Assembly: GCA_002433895.1 (NCBI GenBank)
Contig: DJJA01000006.1
Coordinates: 104,630-168,629, forward strand
Reading direction: 5' to 3'
From: Candidatus Gottesmanbacteria bacterium UBA6580
GTDB taxonomy: Bacteria; Patescibacteriota; Microgenomatia; UBA10105; UBA927
Length of the DNA: 64,000 nucleotides
Below the pieces are notes generated by a model that was not told the DNA's origin, did no database searches, and worked only from the letters and a program-made list of their open reading frames with translations. Shown piece by piece: positions 1-9,797 of the stretch (positions are counted from its first letter, which is position 1; every line of letters starts with the position of its first letter). A program made the position numbers and the translations under genes.

Positions 1-1177
1 CCGGCAAAATGCCCGCCCCGCCGACAGACGCGGAAAGGATACCATACACCCTCCCCCGCATATCACCTTGCGCTTCTTTTTGCAGAATGGTGTTGGACGG
101 CACATCCAAGAGACTATTGGCAACTCCCAGCAAAAAAAACAACCCGAGTGCAATCGCCAACACTAACGGCCGCGGAGTAAGCGAAAACCATACGGTATTG
201 GCAACCGCAAATAACGAAGAGACAGTAATAAGAATAACCCCCGCCGATAGTACCCCAACGTTCATCAATTTTCCGTATGGAAACCGGTAACCCCGGTTAC
301 CCACCCATAACGCCCCGCAAAGTATACCGGCAATTGTAGGTCCCACGATTAAAAGCGACGCGTCGCGTACGTCTATTTGTAATACCGTATCGGCAAGTCC
401 TGGGCCCAATGTACCAAGTAACACCAGCATGATCTGCGTGCCAGTAAGTAACACGACTGCGTCCCGCAGCACTCTGGACCGCGCGACATACTGTATACCA
501 CCTTCCATGTTTGCCAAAAACCGTTTAATAATATAGAAAAAATCATAGTGAAAAATTTTACGGAGTGACTTAATACCTTCTCCCTGCGGCGGGATACCAA
601 ATACAGAAACCGCGGCGACGATATAAAGTAAAAATAGCAGTAAATGCGCGCCATCCCGACCGAGCCACCGGAGCACAGGCCCCGCGCTTATTAATCCTAT
701 TGCCATGCTGCTATAAAACGTAAATGAAAAAAGACTATTTGCCGACACTAAATGCGTTTTCGGCACGAACTGCGGAATAAGCGGCACTTCAGCGGGCATC
801 GTCATCTGATTTATCACCGCGTACGCAAATACAAATAGATACACGGCAGAAATCCGGTCACCAGAGGCATACACACCAACAATAAGCAGTGCCCGGACGA
901 CATGGGAAACCAACAGCACCGCCCTCCGGTCTAGCCGATCGACAATCGTTCCTGCCATGACCCCAAAAAGGAGCGAAGGCAATCCATACGCCAAAAATAA
1001 ACCCGACACCGCAACATTACTTCCGGTTGCCCGGTAAATAATAAGCGCCAGCAAAAACACCAACATATTACTGGAAAGCTGTGAGGCGATTTGCCCTATC
1101 CATAGGCGGCGGAATAATGTGTTTGACAATACATCCAACACCGGATCCATTTTTTTCGTGAGGTGTGTCACCTTCAT
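1..1177 (-). CDS. MFS transporter (3' end runs off the window)
   Basis: Manual translation from ATG 1177 (or 1150): ...FRRLWIGQIASQLSS...GTIVDRLDRR (MFS motif A); hydrophobic throughout. Confidence 0.85.
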   Translation of the reverse strand, partial: MKVTHLTKKMDPVLDVLSNTLFRRLWIGQIASQLSSNMLVFLLALIIYRATGSNVAVSGLFLAYGLPSLLFGVMAGTIVDRLDRRAVLLVSHVVRALLIVGVYASGDRISAVYLFVFAYAVINQMTMPAEVPLIPQFVPKTHLVSANSLFSFTFYSSMAIGLISAGPVLRWLGRDGAHLLLFLLYIVAAVSVFGIPPQGEGIKSLRKIFHYDFFYIIKRFLANMEGGIQYVARSRVLRDAVVLLTGTQIMLVLLGTLGPGLADTVLQIDVRDASLLIVGPTIAGILCGALWVGNRGYRFPYGKLMNVGVLSAGVILITVSSLFAVANTVWFSLTPRPLVLAIALGLFFLLGVANSLLDVPSNTILQKEAQGDMRGRVYGILSASVGGAGILP

Positions 1178-1229
1178 ACGCAAACGCTTCGGTTTTACAA
1201 CAACAACCATCTTATCATACAATACAATT

Positions 1230-1703
1230 ATGACTGCAACCGCACACGCATTGGTAGCCGGCGCCATCGCCGCGCGTTTTACGGATCCTATCACTGCGAG
1301 CCTCCTTGCCATCACCTCACACTACATCATGGATAGCATTCCCCACTGGGATTTCGGGACAAACTGGCGCGCCCGCCCCAAACACAAAACAGGATTATTT
1401 GCGATCAGTGAAACAAGCGTAGGATTAGGACTATCCTATTATTTTTTCGGGCAGTATCTCCCGTTTCCGCTCTGGGCAATTACGGTGGTTGCTGGCATAC
1501 TACCCGACTGGCTAGAGACCCCGTGGTATATATTTTTTGCCCACCAAAAAAAGCATGAACCCGCAAAAAATGCCGGCGCGCTCGAGTGGCTCGCGTATGC
1601 CTTTTATAAAGTGCCGAATGTGTTCCACGCCAAAGCACAACTTCCGCTTGGATTAGTAACACAAATAGTAACCGTGATATTTTTCCTTTTACTCCTGAAG
1701 TAG
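1230..1703 (+). CDS. membrane protein, putative metal-dependent hydrolase
   Basis: HALVAG..SHYIMDSIPHWD..LPD..H pattern with TM segments; start set to ATG 1230, downstream of a TACAAT box. Confidence 0.65.
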   Translation: MTATAHALVAGAIAARFTDPITASLLAITSHYIMDSIPHWDFGTNWRARPKHKTGLFAISETSVGLGLSYYFFGQYLPFPLWAITVVAGILPDWLETPWYIFFAHQKKHEPAKNAGALEWLAYAFYKVPNVFHAKAQLPLGLVTQIVTVIFFLLLLK

Positions 1704-1704
1704 T

Positions 1705-2658
1705 TTACCGGCGCACCCTGATGAGACCTGAACACGGAAGAATCTTAATTCCCTTTTTCTCAAACGCGTCAAGCAATAAATTCATCCCTAAACTATCCGA
1801 ACTCATGTGTCCCGCGATAACGAGGTTTATATGATATTTCAGCGCTTCTTTACGGTGCTCTTCAGCAGCATGCATACCCACGACGGTGCCAACTCCCGCC
1901 ATCGCAAGTTTTTCATACACAATCGGTGAGGGTTCAGTGCCTCCGGTAAATTCGATAGGCGCGACCTTCCCTGCCCGGTTATGCGGATCTCCTGCAAAAA
2001 TCATGGGGCCGGCTTTCCCTTTTGTGGCTTCTTTGTATTCCGGTTCTTTTTTCAGGACATCTAACACATCACCCACGGTTTCCGGCTTCGCCTTTTCAAA
2101 TAACTTCTCCATATATTCATGCACCAAATTGTCAGTCACCGTATGCATACCCATAAACGCCAAGCCTAACAGCCGGGCTGCGTCAATTGCCTCCGCGTGG
2201 TTTACGGGAGAAAATCTGCGCTGCACCTCGCGGATACGTTCATGCATCACTCCCTCGGCGATATTTATCGGAACTCCGTATTTTGCCCAAATATCTGCCT
2301 GCACATCCATAACCTCATGCAGTGACGCCAGTGATGCCCCTTCCGGATGATGTGTCAGCAACAAGTCGATGCTTTCACCTTTTTGATTGAGACGGTCTGC
2401 CAGCAAGACTTCAGCGGCATTAATATCGATGCCTGCCATAATGGAATCTACTTCCATATCGGGATCGCCCCAGAATATCCGGGAGTCGGTGTAGGGGTTC
2501 GTAAGATCTTCTGTATCAAATTCTTCTTTTTTGGATTTTGGAAGCTCGTCGTAGGCTTTTTTACGGCGCGCCAAAAGCTTTGCTACTCCATCTTTTCCAC
2601 GGGGATCAGCCGCTATACCCATCGTCACCGCCAGTGCATACAAATCTTTTAGTTTCAT
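1705..2658 (-). CDS. NIF3-like (NGG1p-interacting factor) metal-binding protein
   Basis: GID, THHPEG, HT.TDN and AGHMSSDSLG motifs. Confidence 0.8.
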   Translation of the reverse strand: MKLKDLYALAVTMGIAADPRGKDGVAKLLARRKKAYDELPKSKKEEFDTEDLTNPYTDSRIFWGDPDMEVDSIMAGIDINAAEVLLADRLNQKGESIDLLLTHHPEGASLASLHEVMDVQADIWAKYGVPINIAEGVMHERIREVQRRFSPVNHAEAIDAARLLGLAFMGMHTVTDNLVHEYMEKLFEKAKPETVGDVLDVLKKEPEYKEATKGKAGPMIFAGDPHNRAGKVAPIEFTGGTEPSPIVYEKLAMAGVGTVVGMHAAEEHRKEALKYHINLVIAGHMSSDSLGMNLLLDAFEKKGIKILPCSGLIRVRR

Positions 2659-2685
2659 ATGTTCAAACTATACCATATTTTACGC

Positions 2686-2773
2686 TGGTGCCGAGGAGAG
2701 GAGTCGAACCTCCACGAGGAATTACCCTCACAGGTTTTTGAGACCTGAGCGTCTGCCATTCCGCCACCTCGGC
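2686..2773 (-). tRNA. tRNA-Leu (anticodon CAA), CCA end encoded
   Basis: GCCGAGG acceptor stem, D-loop TGGC, anticodon arm CAGGT-CTCAAAA-ACCTG, long variable arm, GGTTCGACTCC, ends ACCA. Confidence 0.97.
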
Positions 2774-2875
2774 AATATGCGTGTATTACAATGTTGTGAC
2801 CCAGGGCATTCAGTAGGAGCGCCCTGGCAACAATGAAGACTATTATAGCGTAAAAACGTGATAAGAAGGAATACG

Positions 2876-4228
2876 TCAGTGAACCGCGGGTGGTACTGAA
2901 TCGGCATGTTGCCGCTCGACGGAGTAAAACCGGATACGGTCTCCACGGAAAATAAGGTCTATTTCTGCAAGTGGTCCGTTACGGTGTTTCGCGATGCGGA
3001 GCTTCGTTGCAATCTGCTCGCCCCACATGCTTTGATCGGTTTCTTCACGGTACAAAAACATAACAACGTCAGCATCCTGTTCGATCGAGCCGGACTCCCG
3101 CAAATCTGATAGTTCAGGCACTTTATTGCCCCGCGCTTCGACCGCCCGGGAAAGTTGTGAACACGCAAGTACGGGAATACGGAGCTCGCGCGCGAGATTT
3201 TTCAGATTTTGGGAAATAACTGATACTTCCTGCACCCGGTTATCCAACTTCCGCCCCGGATCACAAAGCTGCAGGTAGTCAACGATAATGAGCTTTACCC
3301 CGTGCTCCACCTGAAGCCTTCGTGCTTTTGTGCGCATTTCGATGATATTCATACCGGGCGTGTCGTCAATAAAAAGCGGCGCTTCGGCAAGCTCACCCAT
3401 CGCGTCGGATAACTTGGTGAAATCATCGTCGGTAAGTTTACCGGTCTTGAGACGCCACGCGTCGATATCTGCCTGACTTACCAATAAACGGTCTACCAAT
3501 TCTTCCTTGCTCATTTCGAGTGAAAAGATACCGGTCGGTATTTTTTCTTTTACCGTGGCGTGCTGCGCCATGTTGAGGATCATCGCTGTTTTGCCGGTTC
3601 CCGGGCGGGCGGCAAGAATAATAAGGTTTGCGTCCTGCATACCGGCGAGTTTCGTATCCAACTCAGTAAAACCGGTGGGTACACCGCGAAGTCCCCCTGC
3701 CCGCTTATGTAACTCATCCAACCGGTCAAACGATGCCGCGAGCGCGTCTTTGATCGGGATAAAATCCCGCCGCGTGGTGGACTGGGCGATCGCGAATATT
3801 TCCATTTCGGCTTCGTTGACGATAGACTGAGAACCTCCTTCGTCCCGAAATGCCATCTCAGTTATTTTTGCCGCGGCCTCGACAAGCTTCCGTTTCGTCG
3901 CGTGCTCGACAATAATCCGCGCGTACTGCTCCGCGTGGGCACTCGTCGGCACGACGTTGACTAAATCAGATAAATATGCGGGTCCGCCGATATCTTTTAT
4001 CGCACCCTTTTGCTTTAGCTGAGCGGCCACCGTCACCACATCAATGGGCTCGTGTAATTCGTATAACTCCATCATGGATTCAAATACCAACGCGTTTGAC
4101 GGGGAATAAAAATGATGCGGACGCAAAAATTCCGCAACGTCAATCATCGTGTCTTTATCGATAAGTATCGCCCCGAGTACCGACTGTTCGGCGACATCAT
4201 CGTGTGGAGGAACTTTAGGACTCGTCAT
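2876..4228 (-). CDS. dnaB: replicative DNA helicase
   Basis: PP..AEQSVLG, Walker A AARPGTGKT, FSLEMS, DYLQL, LRESGSIEQDAD, KHRNGP. Confidence 0.97.
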   Translation of the reverse strand: MTSPKVPPHDDVAEQSVLGAILIDKDTMIDVAEFLRPHHFYSPSNALVFESMMELYELHEPIDVVTVAAQLKQKGAIKDIGGPAYLSDLVNVVPTSAHAEQYARIIVEHATKRKLVEAAAKITEMAFRDEGGSQSIVNEAEMEIFAIAQSTTRRDFIPIKDALAASFDRLDELHKRAGGLRGVPTGFTELDTKLAGMQDANLIILAARPGTGKTAMILNMAQHATVKEKIPTGIFSLEMSKEELVDRLLVSQADIDAWRLKTGKLTDDDFTKLSDAMGELAEAPLFIDDTPGMNIIEMRTKARRLQVEHGVKLIIVDYLQLCDPGRKLDNRVQEVSVISQNLKNLARELRIPVLACSQLSRAVEARGNKVPELSDLRESGSIEQDADVVMFLYREETDQSMWGEQIATKLRIAKHRNGPLAEIDLIFRGDRIRFYSVERQHADSVPPAVH

Positions 4229-4866
4229 GATGCTTGTAGTACGACTACTTGCTTTTCGGTAGGTAATTTATCTTTACTCACGGTTAATTTCGGAACCGGC
4301 ACGGCTTCTTCTTTCCCGATGTGCTTTAAGAACACTGAAACCGGAGCCAGGTCCTTGTTATAGGTATCGGTACCGTAATGCATCGGAATAATAATACGCG
4401 GGTCAATATCTGAAATAATTTGTGCTGCTTTTTCCGCGTCAATAGTATATACGCCGCCAACGGGAACAAACAGGACATCCACGCCATCGATCACATCAAC
4501 CTGAGCGGATGAAAGCACATGTCCGATATCACCCAAATGCGCGAACCGTACACCGTCCAGTTCAATGCGGTACATGGTATTACGGCCGCGCTCTTCCCCA
4601 TTTTTTTCATCATGAAATGACGAAACACCAATAACCGAAATACCTTTTATTTCATACTCACCCGGTCCTTGTACGATAAACGGCGAGCCACCAATGAGAT
4701 GTGCCGCATTGTGATCCGGATGTGCATGGGAGATCGTTACGATTTCAGCGTCAATATGCTTGGGGAATTTAATCCCCACCTGTTTTTCATCGTAGGGATC
4801 AGTGACGAGAGTTGCCTGTTTACCACGAAGTTTAAAACTCGCATGACCCAAAGGAAGTATTTCCAT
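4225..4866 (-). CDS. MBL-fold metallo-hydrolase
   Basis: GHASF, TDPY, SHAHPDH, HLGD, IPMHY. Confidence 0.9.
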   Translation of the reverse strand: MEILPLGHASFKLRGKQATLVTDPYDEKQVGIKFPKHIDAEIVTISHAHPDHNAAHLIGGSPFIVQGPGEYEIKGISVIGVSSFHDEKNGEERGRNTMYRIELDGVRFAHLGDIGHVLSSAQVDVIDGVDVLFVPVGGVYTIDAEKAAQIISDIDPRIIIPMHYGTDTYNKDLAPVSVFLKHIGKEEAVPVPKLTVSKDKLPTEKQVVVLQAS

Positions 4867-4989
4867 AGTAGTTGCATTTTATATCAGATTTAAGTATCCT
4901 AAGCAACATCCCCCTGCGCTATAAGCCACAGGGATCACTGCCCCAATTCTATTTGCTATTATTTATACGAATGTCATTCCAAACAATTA

Positions 4990-5445
4990 ATGAATAAAGA
5001 CGCAATTCTTGCGACAGTCATAGGGTTTGGTGTCGGGCTCATCATTGCAGCCTTGGTTTTTTTGGGACCAACCCTATTTAAAAACTTTCCGCAAATCCAC
5101 CTCCCTGATATCGGGGCAATGATTTCGAATTTCCAAAACGGCAACAATGCCATTAAACCCGCACCAACACCAAAGCCCGGTGATACACTCACCATCCAAA
5201 GCCCACTTCCTGACGCTATCGAGCCACAAAACGAAGCGCTTATCTCGGGGACCGCTGCGCCAAACGCATTAATCGTTATAGAAGGTGAAGCCACAGAAAA
5301 TGTCGTTGTCGCAAACGCATCCGGGTCCTTCGCCGGGAAAATAGCCCTTGGCGAAGGGAAAAATGAAATTCAGGTAACCAGCCATCTCAAGGACGTGACA
5401 CAGACACAGTCGGTGACGGTATATTACACGCCGGAAGATTTCTAA
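4990..5445 (+). CDS. membrane-anchored protein with C-terminal Ig-like beta domain
   Basis: N-terminal TM, PAPTP linker, ISG...G.F...L.EG.N.I.V pattern. Confidence 0.65.
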   Translation: MNKDAILATVIGFGVGLIIAALVFLGPTLFKNFPQIHLPDIGAMISNFQNGNNAIKPAPTPKPGDTLTIQSPLPDAIEPQNEALISGTAAPNALIVIEGEATENVVVANASGSFAGKIALGEGKNEIQVTSHLKDVTQTQSVTVYYTPEDF

Positions 5446-5453
5446 ATAAACAT

Positions 5454-6248
5454 ATGAAAAAACAATCCTTACTCACCGGTCTTGCCATTCTTACACTCGC
5501 GGTACTTCCGGTAAACCACGTGGCCGCGCAGACAGCAACGCCGAGCGCAACCCCGACCGCCGCAAGCGCCCAGCTAGAAGAATTGAAAGTGCGCTTAGCC
5601 ACTAAAGTTGCGGAACTCAGGTCGGTCGTCAAACGCGCTATGTATGGCACCGTTAAGTCCGTGACGCTGACGTCCGCGACCGTTGAAACAAAAACAAAAG
5701 ACATAAAAATTGAACTTACCGATGACGTAACCATTTCCCAGGTGGTCGGCGGCAAGCGCGTCAACCTTGACGCCGAGGATCTGGCGGCGGACGACCCCAT
5801 CACCGTATTTGGTACCTATGATGAAACGCTTGACCTTCTCAAAGCGCAATATATATTTATTGAGAGCGCCACATCATATACCAGGATCGCCGGTATTGTC
5901 GTGGATGTAGACGATGAAGACTTTGTACTTACCGTCAACACATCTGAAGGAAAAACCATGCTTGTTGATATCGAAAAGACGACCAAAACCTCAGAATGGA
6001 CCCGTGAAAATGGTATTGCTAAAAGCGGATTTTCGAAACTTACCGTCGGAGACACTGTGCATATAACCGGCACCCCGGCAGCAAAAGAAGACAACCGTCT
6101 GTCCGCAGTACGGATACTTAATCTCGGTAACATCACGGGATCTGCTGGTACCCCAACGGCAACCACGGCAGTAACGCCTACGGCGTCTGCCTCTGCCACG
6201 CCCCGAGCGACTCCCCGCCCAACCGCGGTACCCACCGCCACACCATAA
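5454..6248 (+). CDS. secreted protein with two DUF5666-like beta domains and PT-rich linkers
   Basis: Signal peptide (AAQ), TPSATPT and PTATP low-complexity linkers, L.VGD.V.I.G pattern. Confidence 0.65.
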   Translation: MKKQSLLTGLAILTLAVLPVNHVAAQTATPSATPTAASAQLEELKVRLATKVAELRSVVKRAMYGTVKSVTLTSATVETKTKDIKIELTDDVTISQVVGGKRVNLDAEDLAADDPITVFGTYDETLDLLKAQYIFIESATSYTRIAGIVVDVDDEDFVLTVNTSEGKTMLVDIEKTTKTSEWTRENGIAKSGFSKLTVGDTVHITGTPAAKEDNRLSAVRILNLGNITGSAGTPTATTAVTPTASASATPRATPRPTAVPTATP

Positions 6249-6294
6249 AATTGCCACATCATACTTGGGAATTTTTCACGGTATAATAGGTTTC

Positions 6295-7362
6295 ATGCGG
6301 TCTGTTGTGCTTACTGACACCGACGGATTATTTGTTACCAATCCAACCAACGTCCGTTATCTCACGGGCTTTCGCGGGGTCAGTCCCGAAGAACGGGAGG
6401 CATATGCGCTTGTCACCACAGATACAATCTATCTCTTTACCAGTGCGCTTTACCGGGAAACCGCGAAGCAGTTTTCTGGAGTACATCAAAAAGCCATTGA
6501 AATAAGCTACGATCATCCGATAACTGCTGCGTTATCTGAAGTGTGCGACAAGACACGTATCAAAACAGTTGGCTTTGAAGAAACAAATCTGACGGTCTGG
6601 GAGTTTCAAACGCTCAAGCAGTCACTTCCGGGTATCACCCTTACCCCGACACATGGCAGAGTTGAAGCGCTCCGGCAAATGAAAAATACGGAAGAACTAA
6701 AGAGTACGAGACTGGCCGCGTCGTTAACCGACCGGTGTTTTGCCTATATAAAACAACGGCTTAAGCCCGGGATAACGGAAGGTAAACTCGCGTGGGAAAT
6801 TGAAAACTTCTTGAATTTTAAGGCAGGGGGCAACGCATTCTCCCCGATTGTCGCGTTTAATGAACACAGTGCCATGCCCCACTATCATGAACGGGGCAAC
6901 AATCCTCTACGCAAAGGCTCACTTGTCCTATTGGATTTTGGGGCAAAGATAAACGGTTATTGTGCTGATATGACGCGGGTGGTATTTCTGGGGACACCCA
7001 AAGACGCGTGGGTCAGTACGTATACTACCGTGCTGGCGGCCAACGAAAAAGCACTGGCCCTTCTCAAAAACGGTGAGCGTAACGGCGCAACACTCGATGC
7101 CGTCGCACGCGAAGTGATCGCTGGTGCAAACCTTCCGGTCTACCCGCACTCCCTGGGACACGCAGTTGGTCTCGAAATCCACGAGGCTCCCCGCCTCACC
7201 ATAAAGAAAGCAGAAACCCTCAAGCCGGGCATGATTGTCACGGTTGAGCCGGGGGTGTATGTTGAGGGCACATATGGCATCAGAATTGAAGATTTAATAC
7301 ATATTAACGCAAACAGCATAGAACTGCTTTCGAAAAGCACGAAAGAAATCACCATTCTCTGA
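6295..7362 (+). CDS. Xaa-Pro aminopeptidase (M24B)
   Basis: NVRYLTGF, AMPH, DFG..YCADMTR, HSLGHAVGLEIHE, TVEPG, GIRIED. Confidence 0.93.
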   Translation: MRSVVLTDTDGLFVTNPTNVRYLTGFRGVSPEEREAYALVTTDTIYLFTSALYRETAKQFSGVHQKAIEISYDHPITAALSEVCDKTRIKTVGFEETNLTVWEFQTLKQSLPGITLTPTHGRVEALRQMKNTEELKSTRLAASLTDRCFAYIKQRLKPGITEGKLAWEIENFLNFKAGGNAFSPIVAFNEHSAMPHYHERGNNPLRKGSLVLLDFGAKINGYCADMTRVVFLGTPKDAWVSTYTTVLAANEKALALLKNGERNGATLDAVAREVIAGANLPVYPHSLGHAVGLEIHEAPRLTIKKAETLKPGMIVTVEPGVYVEGTYGIRIEDLIHINANSIELLSKSTKEITIL

Positions 7363-7363
7363 T

Positions 7364-7392
7364 TTGACAACCTCACAGCAGTTATCTATACT
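7364..7392 (+). promoter_or_regulatory. sigma70 promoter of the his leader
   Basis: TTGACA (7364-7369), 17-nt spacer, TATACT (7387-7392). Confidence 0.85.
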
Positions 7393-7402
7393 ACAGGATA
7401 CT

Positions 7403-7471
7403 ATGAATATCGCGCGTGTTACCGTTTGGTACCATACCCACCCACACATCGGGCGGGTTTCCATGCGATAA
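7403..7471 (+). CDS. putative His-sensing leader peptide MNIARVTVWYHTHPHIGRVSMR
   Basis: 22-aa ORF with three His codons in five, lying between the promoter and a terminator upstream of hisC-hisS. Confidence 0.75.
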   Translation: MNIARVTVWYHTHPHIGRVSMR

Positions 7472-7498
7472 AATACGTACACAACGCAAGGAATTGAT

Positions 7499-7523
7499 AC
7501 CCGCCACATGGCGGGTTTATTTA
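7499..7523 (+). terminator. attenuator terminator hairpin
   Basis: ACCCGCC-acat-GGCGGGT followed by TTATTTA; alternative pairing with GGCGGGT at 7452-7458. Confidence 0.75.
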
Positions 7524-7536
7524 TGGAAAAAACACT

Positions 7537-8574
7537 ATGAAATTACCACAAGCATATGCAACAGGAGTCAGAAAACGGGCTATAGACATGACCCTGAGCG
7601 TCAATCCTTTAGGGTGCTCTCCCCGTGCACTCCGCGCTTTACGGTCAATGAACATAAAGAGTATACGCACCTATCCTGACCAAACCTCGTTAAAAACGGC
7701 CGTCGCAAAGACATTTAATGTCAACACTGACAATATTCTCTTGGGGGTAGGATCAGAACAGCTTATTAAGCTGGTGAGTTGCGCGTTTCTTTCACGCGGC
7801 ACTACCGCAGCTATCGAGTCGGGCTCGTTTTTCCTGTTCTCACGGGAACCATTACTCGCGGGAGCGACAAACGTATTTTTTGATTTTAAAAATCCGCCGA
7901 CACTCCGCCGAAAGCCGGATATCCTATTTATCGCCAATCCGACAACGCCGGGAGGTCTTGACCGGACAAATGCCGATATCCTGCGTGTTATCGAGATCAT
8001 CAAACCAAAGATAGCGGTGATTGATGAAGCAAACGGTGAGTTCAGAAGTGATACGCTCATATCCGAACTACCGAAACGCCCAAATCTGGTTGTACTCCGC
8101 ACCTTCTCCAAAGCGCTCGGACTCGCCGGGCTACGGATCGGCATGGCTTTCGGCAGTGCAAAAAACATTGCCGCAATGGGTGAATTTCAGCAGCCATTCC
8201 CCGTCTCATCGGTCGCGCTGATTGCGGCAGAAGCGGCGCTTCGTGATACCGCATTCCTTCAGAGGACAAAACAGTTTATCGTTGCCGAACGTGGGTTTCT
8301 TACGGGCGAGTTGATCAAGCGGGGTTTCCGGGTATCCCCATCGATAACCAATAATCTTTTTGTGTCGAGAGCAGATAATAAACAAATCATCCGTGCGCTT
8401 GCCGCCAAAGATGTGAGTGTCATAGACGGTGCATTTTTTCCGGACAACCAACAGCGTGGATTTCGGATATCGCTCCGTGACAAAAAAACAAACCGGAAAT
8501 TTCTCGCCCGGTTAGATGAAGTACTTGCTTGTCTCGCTCCCAATAAATTGTTACGATCAAAGGAGGCTATATGA
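7537..8574 (+). CDS. hisC: histidinol-phosphate aminotransferase-like PLP enzyme (divergent)
   Basis: RTFSKALGLAGLRIG PLP-lysine motif, YPD, GSEQLI; atypical NPTTP and DEAN. Confidence 0.75.
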   Translation: MKLPQAYATGVRKRAIDMTLSVNPLGCSPRALRALRSMNIKSIRTYPDQTSLKTAVAKTFNVNTDNILLGVGSEQLIKLVSCAFLSRGTTAAIESGSFFLFSREPLLAGATNVFFDFKNPPTLRRKPDILFIANPTTPGGLDRTNADILRVIEIIKPKIAVIDEANGEFRSDTLISELPKRPNLVVLRTFSKALGLAGLRIGMAFGSAKNIAAMGEFQQPFPVSSVALIAAEAALRDTAFLQRTKQFIVAERGFLTGELIKRGFRVSPSITNNLFVSRADNKQIIRALAAKDVSVIDGAFFPDNQQRGFRISLRDKKTNRKFLARLDEVLACLAPNKLLRSKEAI

Positions 8575-9782
8575 ACACCATCCAACCACTCAAAGGATTC
8601 CGTGATTTTTTGCCTGCAGAGGCCGCCAAACGCAAATGGCTCCGCGACAAACTCGCGGGCATTTTTGAATCCTGGGGGTTTGCGCCGCTCGAGACCCCAA
8701 CGCTAGAGCCACTCGAAATATTTGCGGGAGCCATCGGCGAGGACGAAAAGCTGTTTTTTAAATTCAAAGATCAGGGCGAACGGGATGTCGCGCTCCGCTA
8801 TGATCAGACGGTGCCTACCTGCCGTGTAGTGGCACAATACCAAAACCAACTCGCCTTCCCGTTTAAGCGGTACCAGATACAACCGGCATTCAGAGCCGAG
8901 AAGCCGCAAAAAGGCAGGTACCGGGAGTTTACCCAAGCGGACGCTGACATATTTGGTATAAAAACCCCGGATGCAGATGCCGAAGTCATCGCGCTATCGC
9001 TGGAAATCTACAAACAGCTCGGATTTAAAAAAGCACTCGTCCGCATCAACTCCCGTGCGCTTTTTCAAAACATGCCGTACGAAGCAATCGTTTCCATCGA
9101 TAAAATCAAAAAAATCGGTGATGACGGCGTGCTTTCTGAAATGGAGAAAAAAGGCATCAGCCCGGATAAAGCCCGCGAATATCTGTCGTATGTAAAAAAC
9201 CTCAAACCAAACGAGGAAATTGCATTTATCCTGAAGTACATAAAAAATTATGGATTTCCTGATGACTGGTATGCGTTTGACCCGACAATTGCCCGCTCAT
9301 TCTCCTACTCGATGGGGCCAATTTGGGAAATAGAAATACCCGATGCCGGATACAATATGTCGGTGCTGGGCGGTGAACGATACGACGGATTATTGGAAAA
9401 ATTTGCCGGCCGCGATATCGGCGGCACCGGGTTTGCGGTGGGTTTTGACCGCACACTCGAAGCTGCGGAAATCATGGGGCTCATCCCCGCGTTATCCGTA
9501 GCGGGACAAGTGCTCGTCACCATATTTTCCAAAGATGTATTACCCAACGCCCAGCAAATCGCGCAAACGCTGCGGATAAACGGTGTTGCCGCGGACTTAT
9601 ACCCTAACGCGGATAAACTGGAAAAACAGTTAAAGTACGCCGATAAAAACGCTATCCCCTACGTCGTTATCCAGGGGCCCGATGAAGCAACCCGCGGTAT
9701 GGTAAAACTCAAAAACATGAAAACCAAGGATCAAAAAGAAGTATCGCTTGCCGAGCTTCCAAAATTGTTCATAAACGATTGA
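8571..9782 (+). CDS. hisS: histidine--tRNA ligase
   Basis: KGFRD, LRYDQT, FRAEKPQKGRYREFTQ, GGERYD, GFAVGFDR, KQLKYAD. Confidence 0.96.
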   Translation: MNTIQPLKGFRDFLPAEAAKRKWLRDKLAGIFESWGFAPLETPTLEPLEIFAGAIGEDEKLFFKFKDQGERDVALRYDQTVPTCRVVAQYQNQLAFPFKRYQIQPAFRAEKPQKGRYREFTQADADIFGIKTPDADAEVIALSLEIYKQLGFKKALVRINSRALFQNMPYEAIVSIDKIKKIGDDGVLSEMEKKGISPDKAREYLSYVKNLKPNEEIAFILKYIKNYGFPDDWYAFDPTIARSFSYSMGPIWEIEIPDAGYNMSVLGGERYDGLLEKFAGRDIGGTGFAVGFDRTLEAAEIMGLIPALSVAGQVLVTIFSKDVLPNAQQIAQTLRINGVAADLYPNADKLEKQLKYADKNAIPYVVIQGPDEATRGMVKLKNMKTKDQKEVSLAELPKLFIND

Positions 9783-9797
9783 AGAAATTATACTGCC

